Shown in pieces: positions 35,942 through 45,216 of a DNA stretch of 64,000 bases. Within the stretch, counting starts at the first letter, position 1. Every line of letters begins with the position of its first letter. The stretch is from Opitutales bacterium (GTDB taxonomy: Bacteria; Verrucomicrobiota; Verrucomicrobiia; Opitutales; UBA2987), in NCBI GenBank assembly GCA_021772535.1, contig JAJFLV010000234.1, positions 8,483 through 72,482 of the forward strand. Reading direction: 5' to 3'. The notes under the pieces are model-generated. The model ran no database searches. It saw only the letters and a list, made by a program, of their open reading frames with translations, and was not told the DNA's origin. The translations under genes and the position numbers were made by a program.

Positions 35942-37162
35942 TTATTCAGTATTTTCCCCCTGAAAAAGGGCAACGAGGCCTTCCTGTCCGGACTCTCCGG
36001 CGTAATCAACCGCTGATTTTCCGGCCTCATCGACATGTTCGACATCGGCGTCGTATTCGAGTAGTTTTTTTACGAATTGTGGTTCTCCCATTTTCGAGGC
36101 GAAAATAAGCGGAGAACGCCCTTTGTTATCCACAATATTAGGGTTCGCTCCAGAATTGAGCAAATAAGCCACTTTGGGGAAATCGCGCTCTATGATCTGA
36201 TCGATTAGAGTAGTGGCTCCGGTCTTATCCTGGGCATTGATGTCTGCGCCGGAGTCAAGCAAAAGCCGGACAATGGTCAAATTTCCTCTGTAAACTGCCA
36301 TCATCAAGGGAGTGACGCCCTCGACATCAGCCAATTCGGGTTGAATACCTATTTCCAGGCATTTCTGGATTATGCCGGAGCTTCCTCCCCGAATGGCAGC
36401 CATAAGGACGGTATTGCCTTCATTGTCGCGTGAGTGTATATCCGCCCCTGCCTCTATACAGCTATTAAAAATCTCCAGATTGCCACCACGCGCGGCGGAG
36501 TGGGCTACCGTCCACCCATTTTTATCCACCGCTTTTGGATTGGCATTGAAAGCGAGAGCATCGGAGAATATTTCCACGCTACCGCCTTCCGCTGCTGCCA
36601 TGAGAACGGTATAACCGGACTCGTCTGCGGTGTTAAGGCTCCTGCCCTTGCTTCGGACAATATCGAATATCCTTTTGTTTCCCCCCACGGCGGCCGCCAT
36701 GGCGAGGGAATAGCCGGTTTTATCAACGGGGCTTCCATAGCCGGATTTCCCCAATACTTTATCGAATATCCTTTGATTCCCCCCCATGGCCGCCGCCATC
36801 AGGGTCGAATAGCCTTTTTTTGTTCGTGCCCGGGGATCGGCTCCCTTTTTGAGCAAAATGGAAAAAATCTTTGAATTTCCCCGAGCGGCCGCCTCCATCA
36901 AAACGGTCCAGCCTTCGCTGTTGAGCGCATTGGGGTCGGAGCCGTCGAAAAGGAGAACACTAACCATCGAAGGTTGTTGTTTTTTAATGGCCATCCACAA
37001 ATTGGCATCTCTGGTAAACTGCTGAGAATTCTCGATGATCGCCTCCAGGGTTCCCAATCGTCCGCCTCCTGAAAGTAGAAGCAAGAGGATGGAGAGAAAA
37101 AGGAGGCGCAGGGTTCCAATTAAACGCCTTTTCAATAGTGGAACTGAATTATCATTGTTCAT
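35942..37162 (-). CDS. Membrane-anchored ankyrin-repeat protein (about 10 ANK repeats)
   Basis: The track ORF starts at TTG 37222. The ATG at 37162 gives MNNDNSVPLLKRRLIGTLRLLFLSILLLLLSGG, a TM anchor. Repeated 33-aa units such as GWTVLMEAAARGNSKIFSILLKKGADPRARTKKG follow. Confidence 0.85.
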   Translation of the reverse strand: MNNDNSVPLLKRRLIGTLRLLFLSILLLLLSGGGRLGTLEAIIENSQQFTRDANLWMAIKKQQPSMVSVLLFDGSDPNALNSEGWTVLMEAAARGNSKIFSILLKKGADPRARTKKGYSTLMAAAMGGNQRIFDKVLGKSGYGSPVDKTGYSLAMAAAVGGNKRIFDIVRSKGRSLNTADESGYTVLMAAAEGGSVEIFSDALAFNANPKAVDKNGWTVAHSAARGGNLEIFNSCIEAGADIHSRDNEGNTVLMAAIRGGSSGIIQKCLEIGIQPELADVEGVTPLMMAVYRGNLTIVRLLLDSGADINAQDKTGATTLIDQIIERDFPKVAYLLNSGANPNIVDNKGRSPLIFASKMGEPQFVKKLLEYDADVEHVDEAGKSAVDYAGESGQEGLVALFQGENTE

Positions 37163-37234
37163 GGTCGGAATTATCGGTTTCTGTTTACCATCCAAGGCTT
37201 GCCATGACAACACCCTTCGCAACTAATTGCTGGA

Positions 37235-39232
37235 ATGGCGAAAGCGTTAAATTGGGGCATCATAGGAACCGGCCGCATAGCGAACAAATTTGCGGCCGCC
37301 CTGAATGTATCAGCCGACGCCAAATTAACCGCGGTGGGAAGTCGAAAGCATGCAACCACGGAAGACTTCGGACAAAAATTCGGCGTTCCCTGCCGTCACG
37401 GGAGTTATGAGGAACTCATCGATAATCCAGAGGTGGAAGCGGTTTACATAGCAATCCCGCACCCCTTTCATGCTCAATGGTCTTTGCGGTGCGCAGCTGC
37501 CGGGAAGCACCAGATTTGTGAAAAACCGCTGGCCATGAATCATGCCGAAGCTATGGCAATGGTTGAGGCAGCGCACAGAAACAATGTCTATCTGTCAGAA
37601 GGATTTGCCTACCGGTGCACACCTATGACAACCCGCCTGGTCCAATTGATCCGTGATGGCGCCATCGGCGAGGTGAAAAGAATCATATCAAGTTACAGTT
37701 TCAAACTCGGCCCAAAGCCGGCACGACGATTGGTGGAACCGGAATTGGGCGGAGGGGCCATCCTGGATGTCGGGTGCTACCCAATCTCTATGGTTCGATT
37801 GCTTGCCGGGGTGGCCATGGGGCAGAAATTTGCCGATCCAGTTGACTTAGAGGGGATGGCCCGAATGGGGCCGACAGGTGTCGACTTTCATGCCACGGCC
37901 ATCCTCCGATTTGATGGCGGGATCATAGCACAAGTCTCAACCGGATTGGATGCCAACGATGGAATCCAGTTGGAAATTTTTGGTGATGAAGGAAGCTTGT
38001 CAATCAATACTCCTTGGCATGCTCAGGGCAGCATTTTGCTGAGAAGGACGGGTGAAGAGCCGGAGGAAATTGTGATTGAAAGGGGGAAAACCCTTTTTGC
38101 TTACGAAATCGAGGAAGCTTCACGACACCTGAAGCATGGTCAGACACCAGCCATGAGCTGGGCGGATTCCCTGGGAAACATGAGAACCCTGGACAGGTGG
38201 AGAAATGCCGTAAACTTCTCCTACCCTTGCGAAAAACCAAACTCAGGAACCTGGCCCATTTACCGTGAATCATTGAAACCCTCCTCCGGCCACAACATGA
38301 ACTACAACCATATCACTGGGGTGAGAAAAAAGATTTCACGCCTGGTCATGGGAACCGATTATTGCCCGGGCGACGCCCACGCGGCGGTTATGTTCGACGA
38401 CTTCTTCGAACGGGGAGGCAATTGTTTCGATACGGCGGAACAATATTTCAATGGGGAAAGAGAGAAAGTTTTGGGCCGGTGGATGAAAAACCGGAATTTG
38501 CGGGAGGAAATTGTAATCCTCGACAAAGGAGGCCATACACCCCACTGCTGGCCGGAAATTATCCAGGCCAATATTCCAAGAAGCCTGGAACGATTGCAAA
38601 CGGATTACATCGATATTTACATGTTGCATCGAGATAATCCGGAGGTGCCGGTGGGCGAGTTTATCGAGGTACTTAATGAGCAGATAAATGCGGGTCACAT
38701 CCATGTCTTGGGAGCCTCCAACTGGACCAAGGAGCGGGTGGATCAAGCAAACGCTTATGCCGCCCAAAAGGGGCTGATAGGTTTTGCCGCAGTAAGCAAC
38801 AACTTCAGCCTGGCCCGCATGGTCAAGCCAATGTGGGAGGGTTGCCTGGCCTCCTCGGAATCGGATTACCGTCTATGGCACCTGGACAAACAAATGCCTT
38901 TGATGTCCTGGAGCAGCCAGGCGAGGGGATTTTTCACGGATCGCTCGGGACCCAGGAAAAAACAGGACCGGCTGATGGTCAAGGCATGGTATAGCAAGGA
39001 CAATTTCGAGAGAAAAAGGCGAGCGGTCGCATTAGCAAAGGAAAAGGGCGTTTTACCTATAAATATTGCCCTGGCTTACGTTCTCGATCAGCTCTTTCCC
39101 ACTTTTGCACTGATTTGCCCCTACACCCTGGAAGAAATGAGGACCACCATGGACGGACTGGACATTTCACTAACCAAGAAAGAAATCCAGTGGCTGAATC
39201 TGGAATTGGAGGAGCTTCAGGAAAATGTTTGA
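37235..39232 (+). CDS. Two-domain fusion: N-terminal Gfo/Idh/MocA oxidoreductase plus C-terminal aldo/keto reductase
   Basis: 665 aa. The N-terminal half has LNWGIIGTGRIANKFAAAL and ICEKPLAMN. The C-terminal half (from about aa 345) has FDTAEQYFNGEREKVLG, IDIYMLHRDN and GASNW. Confidence 0.8.
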   Translation: MAKALNWGIIGTGRIANKFAAALNVSADAKLTAVGSRKHATTEDFGQKFGVPCRHGSYEELIDNPEVEAVYIAIPHPFHAQWSLRCAAAGKHQICEKPLAMNHAEAMAMVEAAHRNNVYLSEGFAYRCTPMTTRLVQLIRDGAIGEVKRIISSYSFKLGPKPARRLVEPELGGGAILDVGCYPISMVRLLAGVAMGQKFADPVDLEGMARMGPTGVDFHATAILRFDGGIIAQVSTGLDANDGIQLEIFGDEGSLSINTPWHAQGSILLRRTGEEPEEIVIERGKTLFAYEIEEASRHLKHGQTPAMSWADSLGNMRTLDRWRNAVNFSYPCEKPNSGTWPIYRESLKPSSGHNMNYNHITGVRKKISRLVMGTDYCPGDAHAAVMFDDFFERGGNCFDTAEQYFNGEREKVLGRWMKNRNLREEIVILDKGGHTPHCWPEIIQANIPRSLERLQTDYIDIYMLHRDNPEVPVGEFIEVLNEQINAGHIHVLGASNWTKERVDQANAYAAQKGLIGFAAVSNNFSLARMVKPMWEGCLASSESDYRLWHLDKQMPLMSWSSQARGFFTDRSGPRKKQDRLMVKAWYSKDNFERKRRAVALAKEKGVLPINIALAYVLDQLFPTFALICPYTLEEMRTTMDGLDISLTKKEIQWLNLELEELQENV

Positions 39233-39248
39233 AACAGTGCTTTCGTTT

Positions 39249-40484
39249 TTACCGGGAGAACCATTCGTTGGAGACAAAATTGAAGAACCACCGGGGGTTG
39301 GAAGAACCTTTTTGATACCAAAGCCAACCGTTTTCATTGGAGCTGAAAACAAAAGGGTAAATGGTTGAACCGCTCCATATCCAACCTAAATCAGTACTCC
39401 AGAACCAGATACTGCCGGTTGCTTCACCCGAGGCATTCATCCACCCCAGTTCATTGTGGAAAATCCAGCCGGGGCCGGTTCCCTCGCTAAAAAAGGAACC
39501 GAACCAATCCAGTTCCTTCCAGCCATCGGGATCGCCGGTTGCCTGAGACCAAAGCCCCACTGGGGGCGGACCCAGGTCGTCTGCCAGATTGAGTAAAACG
39601 GCGTTAAGAAGACTGGCCGCATTGTCCTCGGCAAAACGGGTGAAATTGGAAAACTCGTTGGGGTCGCCGTTGCCCACGATGTCGCTCAACCCGCGTATGA
39701 TGAGAAAGGGAACCTGTCGCGTCCAGCAGACATGAGCAATGGCCGTCGATTCCATGTCGACCGAATCCGTGCCCCAAGTCTGCAGGATAAATTGGCTCAA
39801 TCCAAAGTTATCCATGAAAGCCGGTCCGGCTGTTCCAGAACCGCCGATCTTTACCGTGGATTCCCGGTTAAACGGATCAAGTATCTGGAGGGATTCGGCC
39901 GCTTCTTCGGCAATGGACAACAGGTCGGCGTCGGCCTCAAAAAATTCCTTGCGCATAGTAGTAGTCATACCGGCGCGAATGACGGACATGGGGCCAGGGT
40001 GAATCATGCCGAAATTTCCCCGTTGCGGCGTGAACCAGTTGGGCAAAAGAAATTGGCCGGGATTTTGAGGATCTTCCCCAAACCAGCCTCCAAAAGCGTA
40101 ATAATGCCAGCGGGCGGGTACCACTACATCGGCAATCTCCATATTCCGGTTGAGACCACCGGCCACCCCGGCGAAGAGCAAACGGTCAACATCAAAACGC
40201 TCGAGGACCAGCTGGGTGGCAATGGCAGCGTTGATTAGACCGATATTGGTCTTAAATATGATTACAGGCAGGCCATAAACCTCCCCGATAAAGAAATCAA
40301 TGCCGTGAATGTCGCGGACTTCCCCAATGGTTTCTCCCTCGAGTTTCTCCCGAATGCTGTTCAGCTCTCCGCCAAAAGCTGCCACGATGGCGGTGTACCC
40401 AGTGCCATTGGCGCTAAAAAGGTTCGTGTTCGCCATTAAATAAAGGGCTATGAAACAGCTTGTTTTTCTAATTAAAATCCTCAT
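39249..40484 (-). CDS. Secreted PNP/UDP-1 family nucleosidase (MTA/SAH-nucleosidase-like) with a C-terminal Trp-rich module
   Basis: 411 aa with a signal peptide. Motifs include AIVAAFGGEL, LLFAGVAGGL and DMESTAIAHVC...IIRGLSDIVG. The C-terminal 92 aa form the Trp-rich module. Confidence 0.7.
   Translation of the reverse strand: MRILIRKTSCFIALYLMANTNLFSANGTGYTAIVAAFGGELNSIREKLEGETIGEVRDIHGIDFFIGEVYGLPVIIFKTNIGLINAAIATQLVLERFDVDRLLFAGVAGGLNRNMEIADVVVPARWHYYAFGGWFGEDPQNPGQFLLPNWFTPQRGNFGMIHPGPMSVIRAGMTTTMRKEFFEADADLLSIAEEAAESLQILDPFNRESTVKIGGSGTAGPAFMDNFGLSQFILQTWGTDSVDMESTAIAHVCWTRQVPFLIIRGLSDIVGNGDPNEFSNFTRFAEDNAASLLNAVLLNLADDLGPPPVGLWSQATGDPDGWKELDWFGSFFSEGTGPGWIFHNELGWMNASGEATGSIWFWSTDLGWIWSGSTIYPFVFSSNENGWLWYQKGSSNPRWFFNFVSNEWFSR
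39252..39527 (-). other. Trp-rich ~90-aa module, copy 3 (C-terminal in the nucleosidase)
   Basis: DGWKELDWFGSFFSEGTGPGWIFHNELGWMNASGEATGSIWFWSTDLGWIWSGSTIYPFVFSSNENGWLWYQKGSSNPRWFFNFVSNEWFSR. Confidence 0.7.
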
Positions 40485-40633
40485 TTGCTGATAAATAATA
40501 TCAAGACAGGTTCATCCACCTTCAGCAATTATGTCCTTTTCATGAGAATCAGGCAAACCCAAGTTTATTTCCTCGATAACTCTTTGCAGGAATTGGATGA
40601 TCTCATTTTTTTCGACGCTCGGAGTTTATTGGG

Positions 40634-41608
40634 ATGAGGGTTGGATGCATGATTAAACGAAAAAACTTTTACCCAACGATTTGCTCTACGGCACTTCTAT
40701 TCATCATTATGTTGGACGCATCTGGTCCCTCAAAACCGCAGGCCAACAATGCAAAGACCAACCAAGAATCCTTTCCAAATATAAGCGAGTTACGCCGGGA
40801 TGCTCGTGGAGTTGAACAGGTATGGACGTCGGCTGGATCTTATTTTATGGGGACCGATAAGGAGGATGTTGCCGGTATTGAGATTCCGCAATGGGCGGCG
40901 CGGGAACTTCCCGCTGAAATGCCCCGCCACGAGGTTCGGATTTCGAAGGGTTTCTGGATTGATCGCCACGAAACCACCAACAGGGAATATCGGGCTTTCG
41001 TGGAAGATGGGGGTTATAAAACAAAGCAATACTGGTCTCAGCAAGGCTGGGAATGGCTACAGGGACAAAAAATGGAATCGCTGCCAGTCAAATACGTGGA
41101 GAAAGAGGAACCGGATCATCCGCGTGTCTGTGTGACCTGGTTTGAAGCTGAGGCTTATGCGCATTGGCGGGGGGGCCGCCTACCCTACGAAGCCGAGTGG
41201 GAATATGCTGCCCGAGGTCCGAAATCACTGATTTATCCGTGGGGAAACAATTTCGACCCTTCAAAGGCTAATGTAGTGGAGAGCGAGGGTTTGACTGCGG
41301 TGGGGAGTTATCCTGATGGGGCCAGTTGGGTGGGAACTCTAGACATGGCCGGAAATGCCATGGAGTGGGTGCAGGATTGGTTGAGCGCCGATTATTATGG
41401 AAAAAGCCCAAAGGTTGACCCGAAAGGACCACCAGAGGGCAGGCGCAAGGTGGAAAAAGGCGGATGGTGGGGGAGCAACCCGTTTGTGGCTCGATCCGCC
41501 TATAAACATTTTGAAGATCCTCCCACCTACCAGGATCACCATATCGGGTTTCGTGTGGTTACTCCGGTGGAGGAAGAATGGGAAGACGAAGATGGATTGG
41601 AATTATGA
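40634..41608 (+). CDS. Formylglycine-generating-enzyme (SUMF1/EgtB/PvdO) family protein, secreted
   Basis: 324 aa. Family motifs include HPRVCVTWFEAEAYAHWRGGRLPYEAEWEYAARG, GNAMEWVQDW and HIGFRVV. The true start may be the second Met (40649). Confidence 0.8.
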   Translation: MRVGCMIKRKNFYPTICSTALLFIIMLDASGPSKPQANNAKTNQESFPNISELRRDARGVEQVWTSAGSYFMGTDKEDVAGIEIPQWAARELPAEMPRHEVRISKGFWIDRHETTNREYRAFVEDGGYKTKQYWSQQGWEWLQGQKMESLPVKYVEKEEPDHPRVCVTWFEAEAYAHWRGGRLPYEAEWEYAARGPKSLIYPWGNNFDPSKANVVESEGLTAVGSYPDGASWVGTLDMAGNAMEWVQDWLSADYYGKSPKVDPKGPPEGRRKVEKGGWWGSNPFVARSAYKHFEDPPTYQDHHIGFRVVTPVEEEWEDEDGLEL

Positions 41609-41617
41609 TCGGCGCGG

Positions 41618-42229
41618 TTACATGCTCAAGAAAGGGTGCTCTTTGAAGGTTGTTTCAAAGGACCAGTTGAATAATTTCAACTCTTGCGGTTTGGTTAACT
41701 CTTCAGTTGTGCCGTCCTCAGTTTTAAAATAGGCATCCATGACCGCATCGAGGATGACACCTTTGATTTTGCCGCCAACCTTGGCCTCAAGGAGGTCAAA
41801 ACGAATAGTTGCCGCACCTCCTTTTGAAGGACGCAACCCGAATGTATAAACCTTGCCCGAATTGCCAGCGCCGATTTGCATGGGAAAATAGTAGATGTTA
41901 ATTCCAGAAGCGGATTCACTTTGTGAAATTTGAATGTTTTGTCCGGCGGGAATATTTTTTGGATCGAAGCTGATTTCAATTCCGCCCCGCGGCATTGGCC
42001 CGGAGGGTAGCGGTAATGGGAAAATGATCAGCCCTCTTTGTTTCGACCCGGTATAGCCAGTTCCGTCCTCAATGTCATGCAAAAAAGCTTCCGGATCTTT
42101 GAATAGCGGATTATTTTCCCGCCCGTTGAGATACATGCCAAACGGTTTTTGTGGATCGATCTTTTTGCCGCAGCCAATCACCGTCAACATGATTAGAGAC
42201 AACAAAAATAATGGCAGGAACTTTTTCAT
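41618..42229 (-). CDS. Hypothetical lipoprotein
   Basis: 203 aa with lipobox MLTVIGC. I recognised no family motif. Confidence 0.5.
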   Translation of the reverse strand: MKKFLPLFLLSLIMLTVIGCGKKIDPQKPFGMYLNGRENNPLFKDPEAFLHDIEDGTGYTGSKQRGLIIFPLPLPSGPMPRGGIEISFDPKNIPAGQNIQISQSESASGINIYYFPMQIGAGNSGKVYTFGLRPSKGGAATIRFDLLEAKVGGKIKGVILDAVMDAYFKTEDGTTEELTKPQELKLFNWSFETTFKEHPFLSM

Positions 42230-42232
42230 AAT

Positions 42233-43810
42233 TCAGACAATGAGGCATTCACCAGTCATTTCCGGCGGTTTTTCGAGATCCATTAATCGGAGAAGGGTTG
42301 GAGCGATATCGGCTAGTCTGCCGCCATTTTTAATAGTCAAATTTTCGCAGTCACTCCCTGCCAAGACGACTTCGACCGGATTTAAAGTATGGGCAGTATG
42401 GGGAACCTCATTTTCGGAATCCCACATCTGGTCGGAGTTTCCATGGTCGGCGGTAATCAGTGCAGCGCCTCCGGCTTGTTTTAATGCCTGGAGCAGTTCG
42501 CCGAGGCAAGAATCGACTGTTTCACAGGCCGAAATGGCCGCTGGCAATGAACCGGCATGGCCAACCATGTCCGGGTTGGCAAAATTGACTACGATCAAGC
42601 CATATTTACGGCTCAGGATAGCTTCTTTGGTGGCCTGGCAAATACCGCGGGCGGACATTTCAGGTTTCAGATCGTAGGTCGGCACGTCTCTCGGGCTGGG
42701 AATGAGGGCACGCTCCTCGCCGGGAAAAGGTTCTTCGCGGTAGTCGTTGAAGAAAAAGGTGACATGGGGGTATTTTTCCGTTTCGGCGCAGCGGAATTGG
42801 GGAATTCCCAACTGGCTGATGTATTCACCCAGAATATTTTTCATTTTCGGGCGTTTGGGAAACAGAAGGTTTTTGCAGAGCCCTTTTTCATAATCGGTCA
42901 TGGTTACATAAAAGAGATCGAGCTTCTTTTGACGTGAAAACTCGAAGAATTCATCGTCAATGAAGGCCCTCGTGATCTCCCTGGGCCGGTCTCCCCGGAA
43001 ATTGAAAAAAATAACGGTATCGCCGTCGCTGATCTTTCCAGTGGGTTCTCCGTTATCATCCGCGATCCAGGTGGGTGTGATGAATTCATCGCCTCTCATG
43101 GAATCGCCGGATGGATTGTCATAATAATGCTGCACGGCCTCCTCGGCGGTGCGGGCGCTCTGCCCTTCCTTGCCAACAAGGCAATTGTAGGCCGTTTCGA
43201 CCCGATCCCAACGTTTGTCCCGATCCATCCCCCAGTAACGCCCGCAGACGCTGGCAATTCGCCCGATGCCTATTTCCTGACATTTTTTCTCAATTTGCCG
43301 GACGTAATCAAGGCCGCTTCGCGGCGGTGAATCGCGCCCGTCGGTAAGGGCGTGAATGCAAACATCGAGATCGGGCACAAGTTTATCGCGAGCGACTTCC
43401 AGTAACTTATGGAGATGCTCCAGGGTCGAGTGAACTCCGGCATCGGAGATAAGCCCGAGAAGGTGCAATTTTCCGCCATTGACGCGCAACCGGGTCAAGC
43501 CTACCCCGATAACGGGCTTGAGCAATACTTCACCGTCGGCAAACGCCTTGTTAATGCGGACGATCTCTTGGGGCACCACCCTGCCCGCGCCGATATTCTG
43601 GTGGCCTACCTCGCTATTGCCAAAAATCCCTTCGGGCAAACCGACGTCGAGCCCGCAAGCGCTGATTTCCGTGCGCGGGCAGGTTTTACGAATTTCTTCC
43701 GCCACCGGGGTTTGGGCCAGTTTTACGGCGTTAAAAGCATCGTGGGCGGAGTTGTGATTTTCACCCCAGCCATCGCGAATTATCAATACAACCGGTTTGT
43801 AGTCTTTCAT
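42233..43810 (-). CDS. gpmI: 2,3-bisphosphoglycerate-independent phosphoglycerate mutase
   Basis: 525 aa. Motifs include [22 protein letters not shown], and [11 protein letters not shown] / ITADHGN. Confidence 0.92.
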   Translation of the reverse strand: MKDYKPVVLIIRDGWGENHNSAHDAFNAVKLAQTPVAEEIRKTCPRTEISACGLDVGLPEGIFGNSEVGHQNIGAGRVVPQEIVRINKAFADGEVLLKPVIGVGLTRLRVNGGKLHLLGLISDAGVHSTLEHLHKLLEVARDKLVPDLDVCIHALTDGRDSPPRSGLDYVRQIEKKCQEIGIGRIASVCGRYWGMDRDKRWDRVETAYNCLVGKEGQSARTAEEAVQHYYDNPSGDSMRGDEFITPTWIADDNGEPTGKISDGDTVIFFNFRGDRPREITRAFIDDEFFEFSRQKKLDLFYVTMTDYEKGLCKNLLFPKRPKMKNILGEYISQLGIPQFRCAETEKYPHVTFFFNDYREEPFPGEERALIPSPRDVPTYDLKPEMSARGICQATKEAILSRKYGLIVVNFANPDMVGHAGSLPAAISACETVDSCLGELLQALKQAGGAALITADHGNSDQMWDSENEVPHTAHTLNPVEVVLAGSDCENLTIKNGGRLADIAPTLLRLMDLEKPPEMTGECLIV

Positions 43811-43955
43811 GTTTTAATTACAGATTTGGGATACTGGATCGTTTTTCCTGGTTCTTGGAATCCGCAAACCCGACACCATCCAGAATCCTGTTTCATTTCA
43901 AAAATCATTCACTATAAAAAATGTCTTAGGGCCACAAAATTGGAATGGCGCCGCT

Positions 43956-44990
43956 TTAAGCCGAACCGACGGTCAGACTGATTACGGTCACTAAAAGGTA
44001 AATGGTTAAAAGGAGCATACCAAAGGGACGTTTGAGTTTATCTCCGGAAAGGAAAATGCCAATCCTGAAAACCACCAGCACCGAGATCATGGCGGGGAAG
44101 AGGAATCGGAAAAAATGAGGGGTGGCCTGTAGGCCGTCACCGGTCACGGCGGCGGCGGCTCCGGCGACAAACAGGACATTGAGAATATCGGCCCCGATGA
44201 TGTTGCCCACGGCCAATTCGCCATGACCTTTCCTCACCGCGGTGATTGCCGTGACCAGCTCCGGCAGGGAGGTTCCGAAGGCAACCAGGGTGGCCGCGAT
44301 GATGCTGTTGGGAATGCTCAACCTGATGGCAGTCTCTTCCACGGCAGGAATGAGAATGCGGGAGGAAACGACAACCAGAGCTATGCCGATAATCAGCTTA
44401 AAGAAAACCAGAAAATTACTGCCCTCCTCTTTTTTATCATGATGGCCCAAGGGTGTATCGCCGGAGTCTCCAGTCTTAACCCAGCGAACGGAAAAATATA
44501 AATAGGCAACGAGCAAAAGAAGGAAGAGGAAGCCCATGACCTGGGGCAGACGCCCTCCATCGGTGAAAATTTGAGCGAGGTTCGACCATGGCAGGCAGGA
44601 AATCACCAGGAGGAACCCAGCGGCCAATTGAATCCAGCCTTGCCGGTTGACGATGTCACGGTTCAAAGGAAGCGGCGCCATGATGGCGGCAATGCCGAGG
44701 ATCAGGCCGGTATCGCAAATGATCGAGCCGACGGCATTGCCGAGGGCAAGGCTTGGTTTGCCCGCCACAGCCGCCAAAACCGATACGGCCGCTTCCGGCA
44801 AAGTCGTCCCCAAGCTTACTATGGTGGCCCCGATGAGAACGGTGGGGACTCCCCATCGCAGTGAGAGGGCGACCGCTTCGTCAACCAGCAGATCGGCCCC
44901 TTTTCCCAGGGTAAATATAAAAACCGCGATAATCAGAAACAGAATCGGCAAGGACTGGCCTTGCATGAAGTGGCTTAAAATTTCTTCCAT
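43956..44990 (-). CDS. Ca2+/Na+ antiporter (CaCA/YrbG family)
   Basis: 344 aa and polytopic. Two alpha-repeats are present: GTTLPEAAVSV...GNAVGSIICDTGLILG and GTSLPELVTAI...GNIIGADILNVLFV. Confidence 0.85.
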   Translation of the reverse strand: MEEILSHFMQGQSLPILFLIIAVFIFTLGKGADLLVDEAVALSLRWGVPTVLIGATIVSLGTTLPEAAVSVLAAVAGKPSLALGNAVGSIICDTGLILGIAAIMAPLPLNRDIVNRQGWIQLAAGFLLVISCLPWSNLAQIFTDGGRLPQVMGFLFLLLLVAYLYFSVRWVKTGDSGDTPLGHHDKKEEGSNFLVFFKLIIGIALVVVSSRILIPAVEETAIRLSIPNSIIAATLVAFGTSLPELVTAITAVRKGHGELAVGNIIGADILNVLFVAGAAAAVTGDGLQATPHFFRFLFPAMISVLVVFRIGIFLSGDKLKRPFGMLLLTIYLLVTVISLTVGSA

Positions 44991-45216
44991 CGGGTCCGGG
45001 TATTCATGGATGATCCTGAAAAATCCTCTATTGAGTAAGAGGGTTATTCATAAAGCAGAGGTGAACGGCAATCCCAACAAAAAAAAGGTCCGAAAAGGAA
45101 AGAATTTCGGAGTGTTGCCGATAGGGATTCTTTATTTGCCTCTTAGCTTGACTTGCAAGAAGAACTTAGCATTGTTTCGCCGGTTACTTCAAAGGGGGCG
45201 ACCCGAGGGGTAGAAA

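Noticed and set aside
35615-37222. tRNA-Ala as the integration site of a genomic island carrying the ankyrin gene.
   Set aside because: There is no integrase, excisionase or transposase gene. I found no second copy of the tRNA 3' end nearby. The flanking genes are ordinary metabolic genes.
44991-45216. A T-box or other leader upstream of ileS.
   Set aside because: I recognised no specifier-loop or T-box consensus, and no terminator hairpin. There is only a weak TTGACT...ATTGTT promoter-like pair, which is not convincing enough to report.
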